Shown: positions 1-13,862, numbered from the whole stretch's first letter. The stretch is DNA of 63,177 bases, filler included, from Reticulomyxa filosa (GCA_000512085.1; 20 parts of 20 records of this genome joined end to end with filler, not necessarily neighbours in it), one strand, 5' to 3'. Made by a program: numbers and translations. Notes: a model not told the origin generated them from the sequence alone.

Positions 1-130
1 TTGCGGAGACGGGGGTGGTTGCTACCCCATTTTCTTCTTTGTATTCCATCGTGTTATCCTATTGCAAATCACACAAGACATGGTTATAAATGGAATATAA
101 ATAAAAAACAAAGACTTTACCTTCGCTTGG
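1..130 (-). repeat. Copy A of dispersed spliced hairpin element (homologous to 7179-7500 and 21892-22290)
   Basis: Minus strand: GAAG|GTAA intron 120-59 ATAG|GA, then exon containing GGGGTAGCAACCACCCCCGTCTCCGCAA; the same motif and splice layout occur in two other contigs. Confidence 0.7.
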
Positions 131-1000
131 TCATTTGCCCATTTCAAACCACAGTAAGTGGATATAATATTTATTATAATTCCAACTACTATTTGCCCCA
201 CAATGCCCTGCAATCGACTATTTTGGCAATTATTTTCTATGCACAAATAACAAACAATAATGTCTATCATTGAACAGTAAAAAGAAAAGAAAATAAAAAT
301 AACTTGACAACATCAATGGTATCATCGGCACTTGAATTAACAGTAATTGAGATTTAGTATTTTGAGAACGCTTATTTGAGTTGGTGCAATATGTATGAAT
401 AGATTTGTGATTATGCCAATTTGTCCATGATTGCGAAGGCTGTGTTAAAGGCTAAGTGCCATGTGGTATCATGTCCTTGATAATAGAGTACTGATTACAC
501 ATACGAGGATAGGTACCACGACCAACTTGTTCGTCGGCTGCGTTGTAGCCCACTTTCCTCATTTGCGCTAACAGCGCCTCTATCATACCAAAGGCATGTT
601 TGGGCAATAAAATGATAACGACGGACTTGCCGTCAAAGTTTGCACCAGCAATTGCAGCTGTCTGTGCCATCATTCCAAGTATACGTCGACATTTTTTTTT
701 CTTTTATCAATGGCACTGTGCAGTCTTAATATCTACTTATTTGTTTGTTTTTGTTTGTTTTAAAACAAAAAAAAAAAAAAAAGAAGTAAAAGAACTCAAC
801 ATTATGACATCGGACAATACTATCAATCGCGGCGAAATTTTGGCTTTGCGCAAATGTGCGATTGATATTTGTTTGAATGATACAGCAATGCTTGTGACCA
901 AAAAATCTGCAGTGGCTGGTAATGTTGGTGTTTGTAGCTGCATTGCATCAGAAAAGTTCAAATCCAATATTCAAAGTCGATATTCGTTCAATGTTGTTGC

Positions 1001-1100
1001 NNNNNNNNNNNNNNNNNNNNNNNNNNNNNNNNNNNNNNNNNNNNTTAATTAATTAANNNNNNNNNNNNNNNNNNNNNNNNNNNNNNNNNNNNNNNNNNNN
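1001..1100. other. Artificial contig linker N44-TTAATTAATTAA-N44 (first of 19)
   Basis: Identical 100-nt spacers, with stops in all frames, also at 3061-3160, 4468-4567, 6164-6263, 7595-7694, 11041-11140, 14342-14441, 15650-15749, 17873-17972, 19289-19388, 21512-21611, 22666-22765, 24643-24742, 25743-25842, 29799-29898, 35061-35160, 38020-38119, 39183-39282 and 60130-60229. Confidence 0.99.
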
Positions 1101-1143
1101 TTATATATGTATAATACGTGTTTAATAGTTAAAAAAAAAAAAG

Positions 1144-1835
1144 GTAATATGAATATTGTGAGTGGCGTTTGGAGACTGTTACGTATGGATTATAATGACA
1201 CATGGTTTCGAACAGCAGAGACAACGAGTAAGAACAACACCGTCAATGCGTTCAATCCGGACAATATCCATTCGCATGATTATTACAAGTATCAAAATGT
1301 TGCCTCGCACATTGATAAAATATATCTAAAAGAAATCGAAAAAGAAAAGGCAAAAGGGAAAGACCACTTGAAGCAGTCAAGTGACGATAACAAAGACGCT
1401 TCGTCCACCAAAAAAACGTCCTCGTTGCTGTTAACTGGACCGTATACGCATCGATATTTCCAAATTGTCACCATTCCCGACAAGCAAAGAAATGAGGTTT
1501 GGATTTGTATCAATTTGTTTTATTTTTTCGATATTGCGATTTAAATATTTTTTTTATTTTTTTTTTTCTCATCGAATTAGCGCGAAAAGAAAGCGTGCGA
1601 AGATTACAATGAATGGCTTAGCGAACAAGTGGAACGCACAGAAAAAGACAAAGCTGCCAAACGCTCGAATAATTCAAAAAAAACTATTTTAGATAAAACC
1701 AAAATTAATGATAACGTAGACAAATTTTTAAATAGTCTACATATTGAAACACAAATTGATACTACTGAGGCTTTGAAAATTTTGTCAAGTGAAATAAAAC
1801 ATCCTTTCCATGTCTTGGAATTTCCAGACCATTGA
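1144..1835 (+). CDS. Hypothetical protein, 3' fragment (2 exons)
   Basis: ORF 1107-1544 joins ORF 1629-1835 in frame through GT-AG intron 1497-1580 (...QRNE|REKKACED...); 5' end truncated. Confidence 0.6.
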
Positions 1836-2343
1836 AAGGATTATAGTAAGACTGTCTTGATGGCTTTTTTCTTTATTTGCTTTGTCTTGCTTTGCTTGTT
1901 ATGTGTGCGTGTACGTTTAGTGTCCTGTTTTTTGGTCGTCTTTCTGTTTCTTATTTGTTTATTTCTTTTCCTTTTTGGACAACAATTATCGTTTGGCATT
2001 TTTGAAAGTTTGAGAATGAAACATACTTGATAAACAGTTTATTAAAAAAGTACTTTTTCTTTCTTGACGTAAGGCCGACAAATAAATACTTAAGAAAAGG
2101 AGTTCCATAAAATCGAATGTTTACAAGGGACATACAACTTTCATTCTTTTTATTTGCTATTCGTATTACAGTTGTATGCTATTTGGCCTTGCGTCACGAA
2201 AAATTTTAAAGCTGGCTTCTCTTTAAGCCAATAGCAAAAAAAATGGGAAACGATTGCGGCCAGTGTTTTTGATTTTAACAAAAAAGGAACACCACAATAG
2301 ATTTGTAAGAAATAAAGATATTATAATCTTTTTTTGAATCTGC

Positions 2344-2993
2344 ATGGCCGCCCATCTGACAATAGCAGATGCAAAAGCAAAGGAAATAACCAATTCCAGT
2401 GATCTCAGTGATCATGATTCTTTTATTCATATTGCTCCACCTACAACCGAGCTTTCAAACAACGGCAAACACACAGACGAGCAGCCAAACAACGAAATAT
2501 TGGGGATCAACCCAGTGTTTTTCTATTATCCAAATCTTATTGGTTATTTCCGTTTGGTGACATTATGTATAAGTCTGAAACTGGCATTTACAGCACCATT
2601 TTACGCTTTTTCGTTTTATGCCCTGAGTATGGGTTTGGATACGATTGATGGGATGGTAGCACGTGCATATGGGCAAGTGAGTTCATTTGGGGCACATTTA
2701 GATATGCTATCAGACAGGTACTAGAGTCAAAGTCTCTCCCTTTTGGCAACTCATTTTACACAACAAAGAAGAGAAAGAAGGAGGGGAAGGGGAAGAAATG
2801 AACGTTTTTGTTTTTATTAAAAAATCTTGCTTTATGGTTTGATAATGAATATGTTGTGATGGCAAACGTATAAAAAAAGAATGAGTACAACATGTTTATT
2901 TCTGGTATTGGCAGTAAGATATCCTGAACATTGGATATATCCCACCTGCTTTATTGTGTTGGATATTACAAGTCATTGGCTGCATATGATGAG
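2344..2993 (+). CDS. PIS1: CDP-diacylglycerol--inositol 3-phosphatidyltransferase (PI synthase), 3'-truncated
   Basis: VFFYYPNLIGYFR; CDP-alcohol motif DTIDGMVARAYGQVSSFGAHLDMLSDR; intron 2718-2879; exon 2 MSTTCLFLVL...LDITSHWLHM. Confidence 0.93.
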
Positions 2994-3199
2994 GTCCTAA
3001 TAATCGCTTTTTTTTTGTTAAAAAAAGGGGTATACAAATTCAAAAAAAAAAAAAAAAAAANNNNNNNNNNNNNNNNNNNNNNNNNNNNNNNNNNNNNNNN
3101 NNNNTTAATTAATTAANNNNNNNNNNNNNNNNNNNNNNNNNNNNNNNNNNNNNNNNNNNNTGTTTGTTTATTAATTTCTTTGCAAATAAAAAAAAAAGG

Positions 3200-4467
3200 C
3201 TTTAATAAATTGCTTTCAAATAATTCATTAGATAAAACATCCCATAAATATAATAAATAATGAGTTTGAATTCGAGCATATTGAGTTAATTCAAGACGTA
3301 AAGGACGCATTCTCCAATCTGAAAATTCTAAATAAGAATGTTGTTGATGTTGATGATAATTACAAAAATGAGATAATAATGATGAAAAAGAGAATGTTAA
3401 TTTTATAATTTTAGTAGATTCATAAATATCAAATAAATTAACAACATAAATTCCTAAATCACGTTGTAATGCCAATAAATGTTGTTTGGATTGATAAAAA
3501 ACTTTAACAATATTTGGATTTGTGAAAATAATATTTAATTGTTGTAATACTCGTCTTAATTCTAAAGCATCAATTAAAAAATCCTCAGATCGTGTTGATA
3601 TTTGTAATACACAAGACATTCCTTGATAACTATGAATATTATCATATCTTAAATCTACACCAATTCCATTAAATTTGTTATTACCAGATAATTCAAATTC
3701 TGATACAATATGATCAATCATTTCAGTTAATTGAGCAGTAGTATTTACCCAATATATTGCAGTCTATTTATATTTATTATTATTTAAAAAAAAAAAAAAT
3801 TAATAACTCTCTATATTTAATATATTTATATATTTATATATAACCTCTTTTAATGGTCGATACATAATTGGTTCTCTTCTTTTAAGTTGCCATTTATAAT
3901 ACTTAAATTGATCAATTTCAAAAGCATAAGGATTTTTTAATTGTGATTCTGATTGTAATTTTTGTAATGAATTAGGCTTTTTCAATAATTTTGATTTAAA
4001 TGGAGTATTAATTGAATTATCAATATCATCAAAAAATTCAGTTTGAGGTCGTAATGTTCGCAATGATTTAGATGACTAATTTATTATTATTATTATTAAA
4101 AATATATATATGTATATATATATATGTTTAATATTTATAAAACAAAACATACCCATTCTTTTCGTTTTGATCTTTGTTCTTTTGTTCCAATTATTTTATC
4201 TTCATTCTTTTTAAGTTCTTTATTTTTTTGTAATGATCGAATTTGATCTAAACTTATATCAATTTGTTCAAAACAATGATCTGAAATATCTTCAAATATT
4301 TCTCTTTTTTCAATTGAATCTTTTGCATTTGCCAATTTTTGTTTTGAATTCATAAATCCACACATATGATCTAACATTTCTAAAATTCTTTGTGATAATT
4401 TTTGTGTTTCACCACGGAAACTCGAATACGAAGAGTAAAACCGAAAATCAGTTCCTGTTGGTAATTT
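3200..4467 (-). CDS. RRP6: RRP6/EXOSC10-family exosome-associated exonuclease homolog, partial, catalytic residues degenerate
   Basis: Exons 4467-4153 (PMC2NT-like LPTGTDFRFYSSY), 4075-3845 (RPQ..F.D.IDNS..PF) and 3763-~3200 (QISTRSEDFLIDAL, LQRDLGIYVVNLFD, DWRMRPL, THYLLY). Confidence 0.88.
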
Positions 4468-4567
4468 NNNNNNNNNNNNNNNNNNNNNNNNNNNNNNNNN
4501 NNNNNNNNNNNTTAATTAATTAANNNNNNNNNNNNNNNNNNNNNNNNNNNNNNNNNNNNNNNNNNNN

Positions 4568-4952
4568 TTGTTTTTCCTTCTTCATGTCCTTGTTCTTGTT
4601 CAAATTGTCTTGGACATATCACATTCAATTCATCAATGTATTGTTTCGTCATTTGACCTTGAGAATATAAACAGTTGTCATGAGATTCAATTGGACAATA
4701 ATTTGGGTTTTGACTAAGAAATTGCTTCAAACAATTCTCTCCGACAATCAATGATCCATTGATGTTTTTATGTTGATCACAATTGATTTTCATTGGGTTG
4801 TTGGCAACTTGTTTGCAAATCAAACAAATAAAATCATTGATATCTTCCTGCTGGTTCAATTGTAAAATCCAATTTTTGTCAAAGCAAGACTGTTGTTGAG
4901 TAATTGATCTCAAGTCCAGTTTTGCACTGTCTTTGCTTTTTTTTTCTTCCAT
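4568..4952 (-). CDS. RING/TRAF-like zinc-finger family protein, N-terminal fragment
   Basis: CFDKNWIL...[13 protein letters not shown]...C..H...GENCL...CP..H..C...VICPRQF Cys/His pattern. Confidence 0.75.
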
Positions 4953-5573
4953 CTTATTCAGTTTCTTCCTTTTGGTCCTTTGGTTAGATGATGTAAAGGA
5001 ATTGATTCTGGAGTTTTTTTTTTGAAGTTTTCTTGAACTGGGGAAGTTTTGTTGTGATCAACTCTAATTTTTTTTTGGTACGAAAATCACACCATTTGAA
5101 AAAAAAGTCATGCCATAATATAAGCAAAATCATTACAAAGCAATAAAAACAATGGGTATTATGTTTTTTCATAATTATGAGCTAATATTGTCATTTAAGC
5201 AAAGTTTTTGTCTTGGAAAATTTTAACAATGACTATCATAATTTGTGTAATGTTTATTTTTTGTCTGTTTTTTTAATTTGTATGCCAAATAAAATTAAAA
5301 TACTATTTTTATTCGTTGAGGATATTGCCTTTGTGACAGCTGTCTTTATATTTAAATCACTTTCATTCTCTCCTTTGTTGTTACTGAAATTGAAGCAAAC
5401 ATATTACATCGAAGGACCATATTTCAAATAACATTAAAGTAATAACAATGATAAATTATGTTTTTTTTAAACATAAAAAAACGGAACATTATGTTTTTTA
5501 GAAGGGTTGATCGTTTAGAATCATTTTAGGTCCTAAATAAAAAGTTCAAGTTGAATTGATCATTAAAAAATAA

Positions 5574-6163
5574 ATGACAACAATGATGAGCGCAACTTTC
5601 AAAAGAGCCGGTTTTAGACAAAAAGAGCTAAACAAAAGGCCAATCTGGAATCTTGTTCCTTATATTCTCATCAGACGAATTCGACAGTCCAATACATATC
5701 AAGTCGCAATGGACGAACAATACCAAAGGACTCAATACAAGAAAAAGCTAAAGGGACAACAGGGTGCATTATCAAAAACAATACCTTCCCCTGAATCACA
5801 ATATGGACGATCGTTAATTCAGAAAATGGAATCTAATAAAGAGATTCTCCAATATCTCAAGGAGAGTTCATCTCAAGATACATCTCTATATGCTGCAGCT
5901 GTTAAAAAATGCTCAGAATTAAAATGTCCCAATTCAATCATTCGAATTATTGAAATTGTGCAAAGCAGACATATTCATCCGGATATCATATTTTATACCA
6001 CAATTTTAAATCATTTGGGAATGTGGAATAAATTTAATTTACAAAAACATTATTTTCAACAATGGTTTGAAGAACAACAAGATCAATCTCATCATCAATT
6101 GTTGGTCCCTAATATCATTACACTCAATGCGATGATCAAAGGATGCACAAAAAGAGGAGATTT
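5574..6163 (+). CDS. Pentatricopeptide repeat (PPR) protein, 3'-truncated
   Basis: PPR-like repeats: DTSLYAAAVKKC, PDIIFYTTILNHLG, PNIITLNAMIKGCTKRGD. Confidence 0.8.
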
Positions 6164-7178
6164 NNNNNNNNNNNNNNNNNNNNNNNNNNNNNNNNNNNNN
6201 NNNNNNNTTAATTAATTAANNNNNNNNNNNNNNNNNNNNNNNNNNNNNNNNNNNNNNNNNNNNATTATACACCATCAATCTCGATCGATGAAGAAAAGGT
6301 AATATTATAAACTTTATTTTTGACATTGAAAGTAGTATACGATCGAATATCTGACTTTTTTTATTTATTAACAATTTCATGTATTATGCACTTTCGGAAC
6401 AAATAGCAAAAAAAATGGTATGCTCGCTTGACTGTGAAGATAGATACACAGCATCAACCTGAATGTTTTCAATGTCAGGAAGACCCAATAGAAAAACGTA
6501 TTTGTTTGGGTCGCGATGACAGCATCTTTTTTCGAATTGTGTTGTCGTTTTGAGCGTCTTGGGTTTACACTGACTGTCTTCTTTTTCGGTAACTGTTCAG
6601 TTTTGCAGAGAAGTGCATTGGAGAAAGAGTACTCGAGAAGCGAGTTCCATGTTGAATACTTTTGGATTGTTAGGTTGTTTGAAAAGAGAAGAGCCAAGAC
6701 ACATTTGTAACGCCCAAGAGAACTTTTTCTGAAAAGGGACAACTTTTTCTCTTCCAGAGAAAAACCGTTACCCAAGGAAAAATAATTAATCATTCCAAAA
6801 AAAATTTTAATTTTCTGTAATTAATGTGTTTTTTGGAATCACAATTGTAAAACCAAAATAAAATAATAAAAAAATTTGAACAATTATTTTTTTCAAGTTG
6901 TTTTGTCAAAAATGTGAAAATATGAAAAAAAATTGCAAATTTACATCTTTTTTATAAACGTTTTTGAGTTTTGCATTTATGTCTTACTTAAAAAAAAAGG
7001 TCTTTTTTGTTGTTGTCTCTGTCTTACCATTCGTAATTAGGGTGATATCAGCCATCTTCGCAAAACACTAGTAAGTCTCTTTTCTGATTTTTAAAATAAT
7101 TTTGCAACTTAAGAGATTGTGTGTGTTTTTTAAACAGACTTCGCACTTTGATAAAAAAAAAATGTTTTGTTTATGTAG

Positions 7179-7500
7179 ATGCACTGCATCTTTCATCAAC
7201 AGAATATATATTTTTATTGGGGTAAGGCCCCCCGTCTCCGCAAGGAGTACTAAAGGTTTGTTATATTTATTTATTTATTTTTGACATAATTGACTGTATT
7301 TGTTTTTTCATTAACAGCCGAAACCCGTCTGTCCAAACAAAAAAAAAATGTGTGTACGTCGCAATACAAACTGCCAAAGAACAATTTCGGGGTTGAAGCT
7401 ACCCTGTGTCGAAAAAAAAATGAAATAGTTTGTATCTTTTTTTTTTTATTTATTTTTTTTTTTTACCAAATGTTTATGTTTGTAAACAGGCACGCCCCCA
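7179..7500 (+). repeat. Copy C of dispersed spliced hairpin element
   Basis: Exon 7179-7255 (GGGGTAAGGCCCCCCGTCTCCGCAAGG), intron 7256-7317, exon 7318-7427 (GGGGTTGAAGCTACCCTG), intron 7428-7489. Confidence 0.65.
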
Positions 7501-7694
7501 CCAATAAAAAAAATTTTTTGTACCATCATCGTCACAAAAGAAAAAAAATGTAAATTTAGATTGGAAATAGAGCTTTTAGCTCAATATCAAATATNNNNNN
7601 NNNNNNNNNNNNNNNNNNNNNNNNNNNNNNNNNNNNNNTTAATTAATTAANNNNNNNNNNNNNNNNNNNNNNNNNNNNNNNNNNNNNNNNNNNN

Positions 7695-8130
7695 GGAACT
7701 TATTCACGCAATTTAAGGCATTGAACACCAGCATTGGTAAACAAGGAGACCAATTCAGTGGCTAGATCAAATGCAGAGAAAGCGTTATCTGTTGGCAAAG
7801 AAATTTGCATAGCCACCTCAACCTCCAAAAGATTTGGATGAAAAGCATGAATGGGTTACATGCCAATTGAATGGAAAAAGCATCGTGCCTGACAGAGATC
7901 ACAGCCAATGTAAGAATCATCGACCAATTGCGCTATTATCAAGTGTGGAAAGGATCATCACAAGTAGATTATGTAGTGGCTAAATGAAAAGAAATTATTG
8001 CACAAGCAGGATCCCAATCGTGGCATAATACAGATGAATTGTTATTGCGATTGGCTGAGACGATCAGTGACTTATGCAGTGTTATTGGACATCTCTGCAG
8101 CATATGATAGTGTTTGGAGGGTTGGAGAGG
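7695..8130 (+). mobile_element. Degenerate non-LTR retrotransposon reverse transcriptase fragment
   Basis: KNHRPIALLSSVERI (~7912) and VTYAVLLDISAAYDSVW are LINE RT motifs; broken by frameshifts, stops and deletions. Confidence 0.85.
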
Positions 8131-8621
8131 TAAACAGCTCACCTGGCTGGAATGTTAACAAAAGGTCGACACATATTACCATAAGAAATTGCGAAAATGA
8201 CTGAAATCGGCTTAATAATGAAAGATCATAACTATGTAATTTCTGAAATAAAGTGTAAGTTAACCATATGAAGACACGTTATTAAAATGACAAAAAAAGT
8301 GCTTCAGGAAGGGGGGAAAAAAATAACAAAAAAAATAAAAGTAAAAATGCATTTTACACTTTTTCTTCCTATAAAAAAAGGAAGAAATACAGACACACAA
8401 AAAAAAAAACCACTTGGTATGAACCGAAAACGAGGAAAACGAAAGATAAGTAAAATAATCCTCTGTGAAAATTTCTTAACTGGTCGAATACGTACAAAAA
8501 AAAAATGACAAAAAATATAATAATAGAGAGTAACCCACCTTAGGGCGAACAAAACATAATAAAAAGATGTTCGCCTAGAAATAATTAATAAATATTTCTT
8601 TTTTGAAAAACATACGAAAAC

Positions 8622-10920
8622 TCATTCCGTATTTTTTGAGGCTTGTGAAGACACTTGATCATCTTGTCCATTTTTCTCATTATGGCTTTGAGTCACAGCA
8701 GCAGTGGTTATTCCGCATTGTGTTTGCTCTTTGCTGATTCTGTCACCTTCAGGACCTTCTTTGACAATGTTTTCAACACTGGCATTAGTTTCATTGTTTT
8801 GTTCTTGCTCTTGTTTTTTTTTTCTCGCAAGAGCTTTCATTTCTGCGATATTCATACGAACTCTTCGCGGATTACGAGTCTCTGATGAGGAACCTGCTGT
8901 TTTGCTCGATTTGCTGCGATTGGAAGATTCCTGACGTTTCATCCATTTCGTATAACGATACAATGTGTCGTTATCAAACCATTTTTCTAAATTTTGGCTG
9001 GCAAAAAGACCAAATACAAAAATTATATATTGACTTTCATGCAAAAACAAATAAAAAGTTAACAAAACTGGCCAAACGCAGTTTCTAATTTTTGAAGCAA
9101 TTTCATGGCATGCGCGCGGACACATTCGGCGCGATCGTCCACTCCTTGCGCCAAAATGTGTTTAATCTGCGATCGAAAAGTTTCAATGTCAAATAAAAAG
9201 GCTCTCACGGGGACTTTGTTCATTTTAACGGATTTCAGACCGAAATCAGTTTCGGCTGAGTGGTGTAAAGTATCCTTATCGGAATGAGAATGCTCGCCAG
9301 CGACAGACACATTAAAAGCGGTTTTGGAATGTCCTGCGCCTTCGGATTCGCAATGTTGTTGATCCACTCCAAACAACAAATAGCCGAGCAATATTTGACA
9401 GATTGCTCGAACCGATTCGTGTTTCTCAATGGCATATGTGCTGTGATCAGTCAATATCCTCAAGAGCATATTGTACGAGTCCTTGCTCATTCGAACTTTC
9501 CAAGTCACTGTCGACTTATCAATTTTTTTACGCGTTGTGGAACCGGATGATGACTCCAGACTTCCCTCATACAATTTTGCCAGACGCGCAATCCTTGGGC
9601 TACGATTTTGACCGGACACACCACGAGGGGTTTCTCCCTTTGTGGGCGTCTGCGTTTGTCTCGGGGATTCACTGGTCGCTTGATATGCCAATTTCGAATC
9701 TGTCAGCATACGAACATGGTTACTAGCGCGTTTTGAAACTGATTTTGTCTCTTTGTGTTCTTGTCCAATCTGTCTGACCATTTGTTCCAAAAGTGCGCTC
9801 TGCGATTTTGCTCTGCAATGCATTTCCTCTTCTTCCACTCCTAGTGACACACAAACAGTGGGGAGGAAGAGGAGGAAGAAAAAAAAAAAAAAAAAAAAGG
9901 ATGGATTAATAATGTATGTATATATTATAAGTAAGTACCCCTTTATGCACATTGTGTATATACACATATATGAATATACATATATGTATGTATATTTTTA
10001 TATACATTACATATATATATATATATATGCATATGTATACGTATACCTTCGGCTACATTCGCTAAAATATCCAAGATTTGAACAGCAGCAATTTCGCCAA
10101 TTTTGCATAACTCAGGTGCCCGTTTTCCTCGGACAACGGTGAACAAAGCAAAGAAAATGGCGTCCAACAATCCGCGTTCAAAGAAACAGGCAGCGGTTTC
10201 TTTGCGGCCGATAATGGATGTGACAACGGACGGGAGCAATCGACAAGCGGTTTGTGATAAGTGGGAGCGATCGTCCAGTATTTGCGCGGTCCATCCGTAG
10301 ACAAAGGCCTGGACGTTTTCGTCTGATATCAACTCATTGCAATACTCGTACTCATCCAAATGCTCTTCCACATAGGTCACGATATCTAAGCGTCGTCGCC
10401 AATCGCCATTGCGTGAGGAAAGCTCTTTCAAAATAAATTTGTGATCATCCAATTCCTCTTCGGTCAATTTGTCGGTTAAATACGTTGCTTGCACATCCAA
10501 TTTTTCGCCTCGCATTATCGCATCAAACACTTTCTGACACAACACAATGTGTTGCAAATATTTGCCTTTGCTTTCTTCTTCCAGTTTCAGTATCTCCTTC
10601 GCTTTGGCCTTTGCCAATTTCAGTTTTTTGTTTTTTGCATATTCTTCACGAATTAATGTCAACATCGCTTTGAAATGGCCCAGTGTTATTGAGTTTCCCG
10701 CCGCGCGCTTCATCCGCGCTTTTTCGATCGCCACTTTGGCTTTTTTCTCTTCCAATGACATCTCTTCATAGCGATGCTCATTTGCATTTGTCGTGCTCTT
10801 CTGTTTTTCACCTTCCTCTTTGTCTCCTTTCATATTCGCCAACGCATCTATCGTGCTGCTATTATTCGCTGACCAAGCTATCTCATTTATACGTAGCGTT
10901 TCCGTATCACCTTCGGTTGT
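8622..10920 (-). CDS. CLASP/TOG (HEAT-repeat) microtubule-associated protein-like, 5'-truncated
   Basis: In-frame exons 10920-10047, 9840-9069 and 8997-8622; DWRRRL, ILDDRSHLSQTACRLL and GVDDRAECVRAHA resemble CLASP_N HEAT motifs. Confidence 0.65.
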
Positions 10921-11140
10921 CTAACGCATTCAACATTCGACGTATAAAATATAATCGTTTGCAAAGGTATCATTTTTGTGTTGGCCAGTGACCCAAACAA
11001 CTTTTCAAACAACAACAAAAAAAAAAAAAAAAAAAAAAAGNNNNNNNNNNNNNNNNNNNNNNNNNNNNNNNNNNNNNNNNNNNNTTAATTAATTAANNNN
11101 NNNNNNNNNNNNNNNNNNNNNNNNNNNNNNNNNNNNNNNN

Positions 11141-11178
<38 letters not shown>

Positions 11179-11199
11179 AACTCACGTGATTCGTAAAAT

Positions 11200-12195
11200 A
11201 GACATATAGGACTCTTTTGATCCCAATGCTGCACGTCGCACATATACAGACCACAAACTAGTGACTGTAATGACACCAAGAAACCAAAACGACCAAGCAA
11301 TTCCAATAAAGGTCATAAAACGTAGCCAAAGTTGCAAAAAGATAACATCGCCAATCTTTGTTGTTTTATTTTTATTTTTATTTTTATTTTTATTTTTATT
11401 TTTTTTTTTTTTTTTTGTACGCTTTAATCGTAGAGATTCAAATAAAGTGGCTCAAAACTTGATATCCTTGGGCCACAGTAGAATAAGCGGTAAATACTAA
11501 CGACAACACCAAATTAAAAAGCCTCCAATAAATTGCGATTTTCAATCGATACTTGTCGCACATGTTCCACCACATCAATCGAATATTCGATTCGTACAAA
11601 CGCGTTAACACATAAACCGCTGCTTTTAGCACCCATGGCAAAAATACGATCAAGCCCACGTCAACAATATAATAAGTAATCATATACTTTAATACCAAAT
11701 TGACATAAAACATGCCCAGCATTGCCGTAGACAATATTCCTTTTTTTTTTTGTGTTTGAGTTGCAATAGCAAAAGAATAAACACGAAACAGAACAATAAA
11801 GCATACCACAAGCCAAAAACCAAAGACGAAGCAATGACCCGACGTAATCAAGAAACGACTTGTGATCTTCGTAATCGACATCGAGCCCACCGCTATTGAA
11901 TAAGTGAAGTTCAAAAATATATATATATACATATATATTCCAAAAATCATACAAAGACAGATAGAACAACTCAACAGTGCATCGTCTTTGAACACACTAA
12001 TTTGCGAATAATAAGCAATTGGGTATTCTGGGAGTATGCAATGTTTCCAAATTTTAGAAAGTATAGAACAGAAAATTAAATTTCTTATGTTTCGTGACTT
12101 CTTCTTGGACTCGTTATCTATTGGGGACCCATCCCCTGCGCTTGAAGTGATTTTGTTACATCCTGCCCAGTGTTCATCGACTGGAGAAGGGCAGC
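11200..12195 (-). CDS. Hypothetical multi-pass membrane protein (boundaries approximate)
   Basis: Open minus-strand exons with several hydrophobic segments (ORF 11438-11995 plus flanking exons), separated by GT-AG introns. Confidence 0.5.
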
Positions 12196-13120
12196 TTTAG
12201 TAATATATCACATGCAAATGTAGCACTATTTTTTTTTTTCTACTTTTTTTAAACGTACCGGTGAGTAACGTCACGAAGCGCAAACAAGAACACAAGGTGA
12301 GACAAAACGACCACAGTCCAAAATACGGGCTCCTGAACAAGTCAACATGCTTGAAAAGAAACCCAAAGATGTGATTTTTTTTTTTAATTACCCAACTTGA
12401 GACATTGATGTTTTTCTCCGGTCGTCTTTGTTTAAAAAGTTGACAGCAAAACAACCCTTTTCTTCACAGTCAAAACTTAAGCGAAGACTATCCTTTTTTT
12501 AAGCAATAAACTTGCTCACTTCATCATAAATAGGACAAAGCGCGCACCAAAAACTGTTATTTCTGCTAACAACTACACAAATGTAAATCAAAACTGAATG
12601 AATTAAAATCAAACACAATTTGAATTTAACAAAAGTAAAAAAAATGAGTACAAATAATAAAGTGTAATTTGATTATAATATAATATTATATGCATCTATT
12701 AAATTACTTTGACCAAACAAATACCACTTTTTAACTTTTAATGCGGTAGGAATTTAAAGAAATTTGAAAAAACAAAATTCGCTAAATCGATCTAAATCAA
12801 AAATGAAAAAACAATTACAATTTACGTGCTAAGTGTTAGTTATTTCTTCATTAGTTTTACTGTTTCAAGGAATATTATTTTTGCTTGGTTTGGTCTGTTG
12901 ACTTATTTATATTGAATCAATAGTTTTTTTTTTTCAAATTTTTAAAAAATGCAAGTTTTGGAAAAATTATCGTGGTGGATATTTTTAAGAAATATTGCCA
13001 AATTTGTTTGTAGTTGTAAAGATGATTTCAAGTTATAGCTACATCCTTTTGCGTTCAAATAATAAAAACTATTTTTACTCTTTGCCTCTTCTTTCAGTAC
13101 AGTCAAGGCTGTAAGATTTT

Positions 13121-13862
13121 TCAATCGGAAACATGATATGATTGTTTCCTTTTTTTATCTATATCTTTTTGAAGTATAGTTTCTTGTTCAAGAATGATTA
13201 ACATATCATCAGGAAGTTCAGAGGCACACATTGTTTCGGAAGGTTTTTCACGAAGATATTGACCGGTTTTGAAATTGAACCAATAATATTGTCCGTTGTC
13301 TTTGCAAAAACGATGAAACTGACCCTCGACTGTGTCGAAAGGTGCAGTGATTCCATAATCTTCCCACGGATTCCACGATAGTAGCAGTTTAGTTCTCCAA
13401 TAAAACCTCTTGTTTCTAACACTATATTTTCGTCGCCACCAAATGTCATTGATTAGAGTTTTTTTGGGCCACAATTTCTCAATTCGTGAATCCGATTGTT
13501 GAGTATTGTCGTGAGGGACTAGAGAAGGGTTAGTAGTGTCACTTGGATTTATCAAATCTCTGTAAGCGAGAAGCGAGTTTGGTTTCGCGACGTCAAAGTT
13601 CAGTCTTCTGCGCTTTGGGGAGTGATCTGTTTGGTTATACTTTTTGTGGTTTGTCTTCCAACAAAAATATAAAACAGAATTTGTTACCCAAATCGACATT
13701 GTCATTTTGAAATGTTTCAAAGGACTTTGATACATTGGTCAATGTTGCTCCCTCTGATGTATTAACAGTTTGCACTAAAGGATCTTTGCTGTCAGGTGTT
13801 TCGTGTTTATTGATTTCCATTTGACTATTGACATTGGCACTGCTGTTTTATTGTTATTGTTA

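Noticed and set aside
9930-10046. (TA)n/(TATG)n tracts here and at ~17973, 23930, 60300 and 62430, read as I/Y-rich peptide
   Set aside because: Intronic microsatellites, not coding; contigs often break at these and at homopolymers, which is an assembly effect
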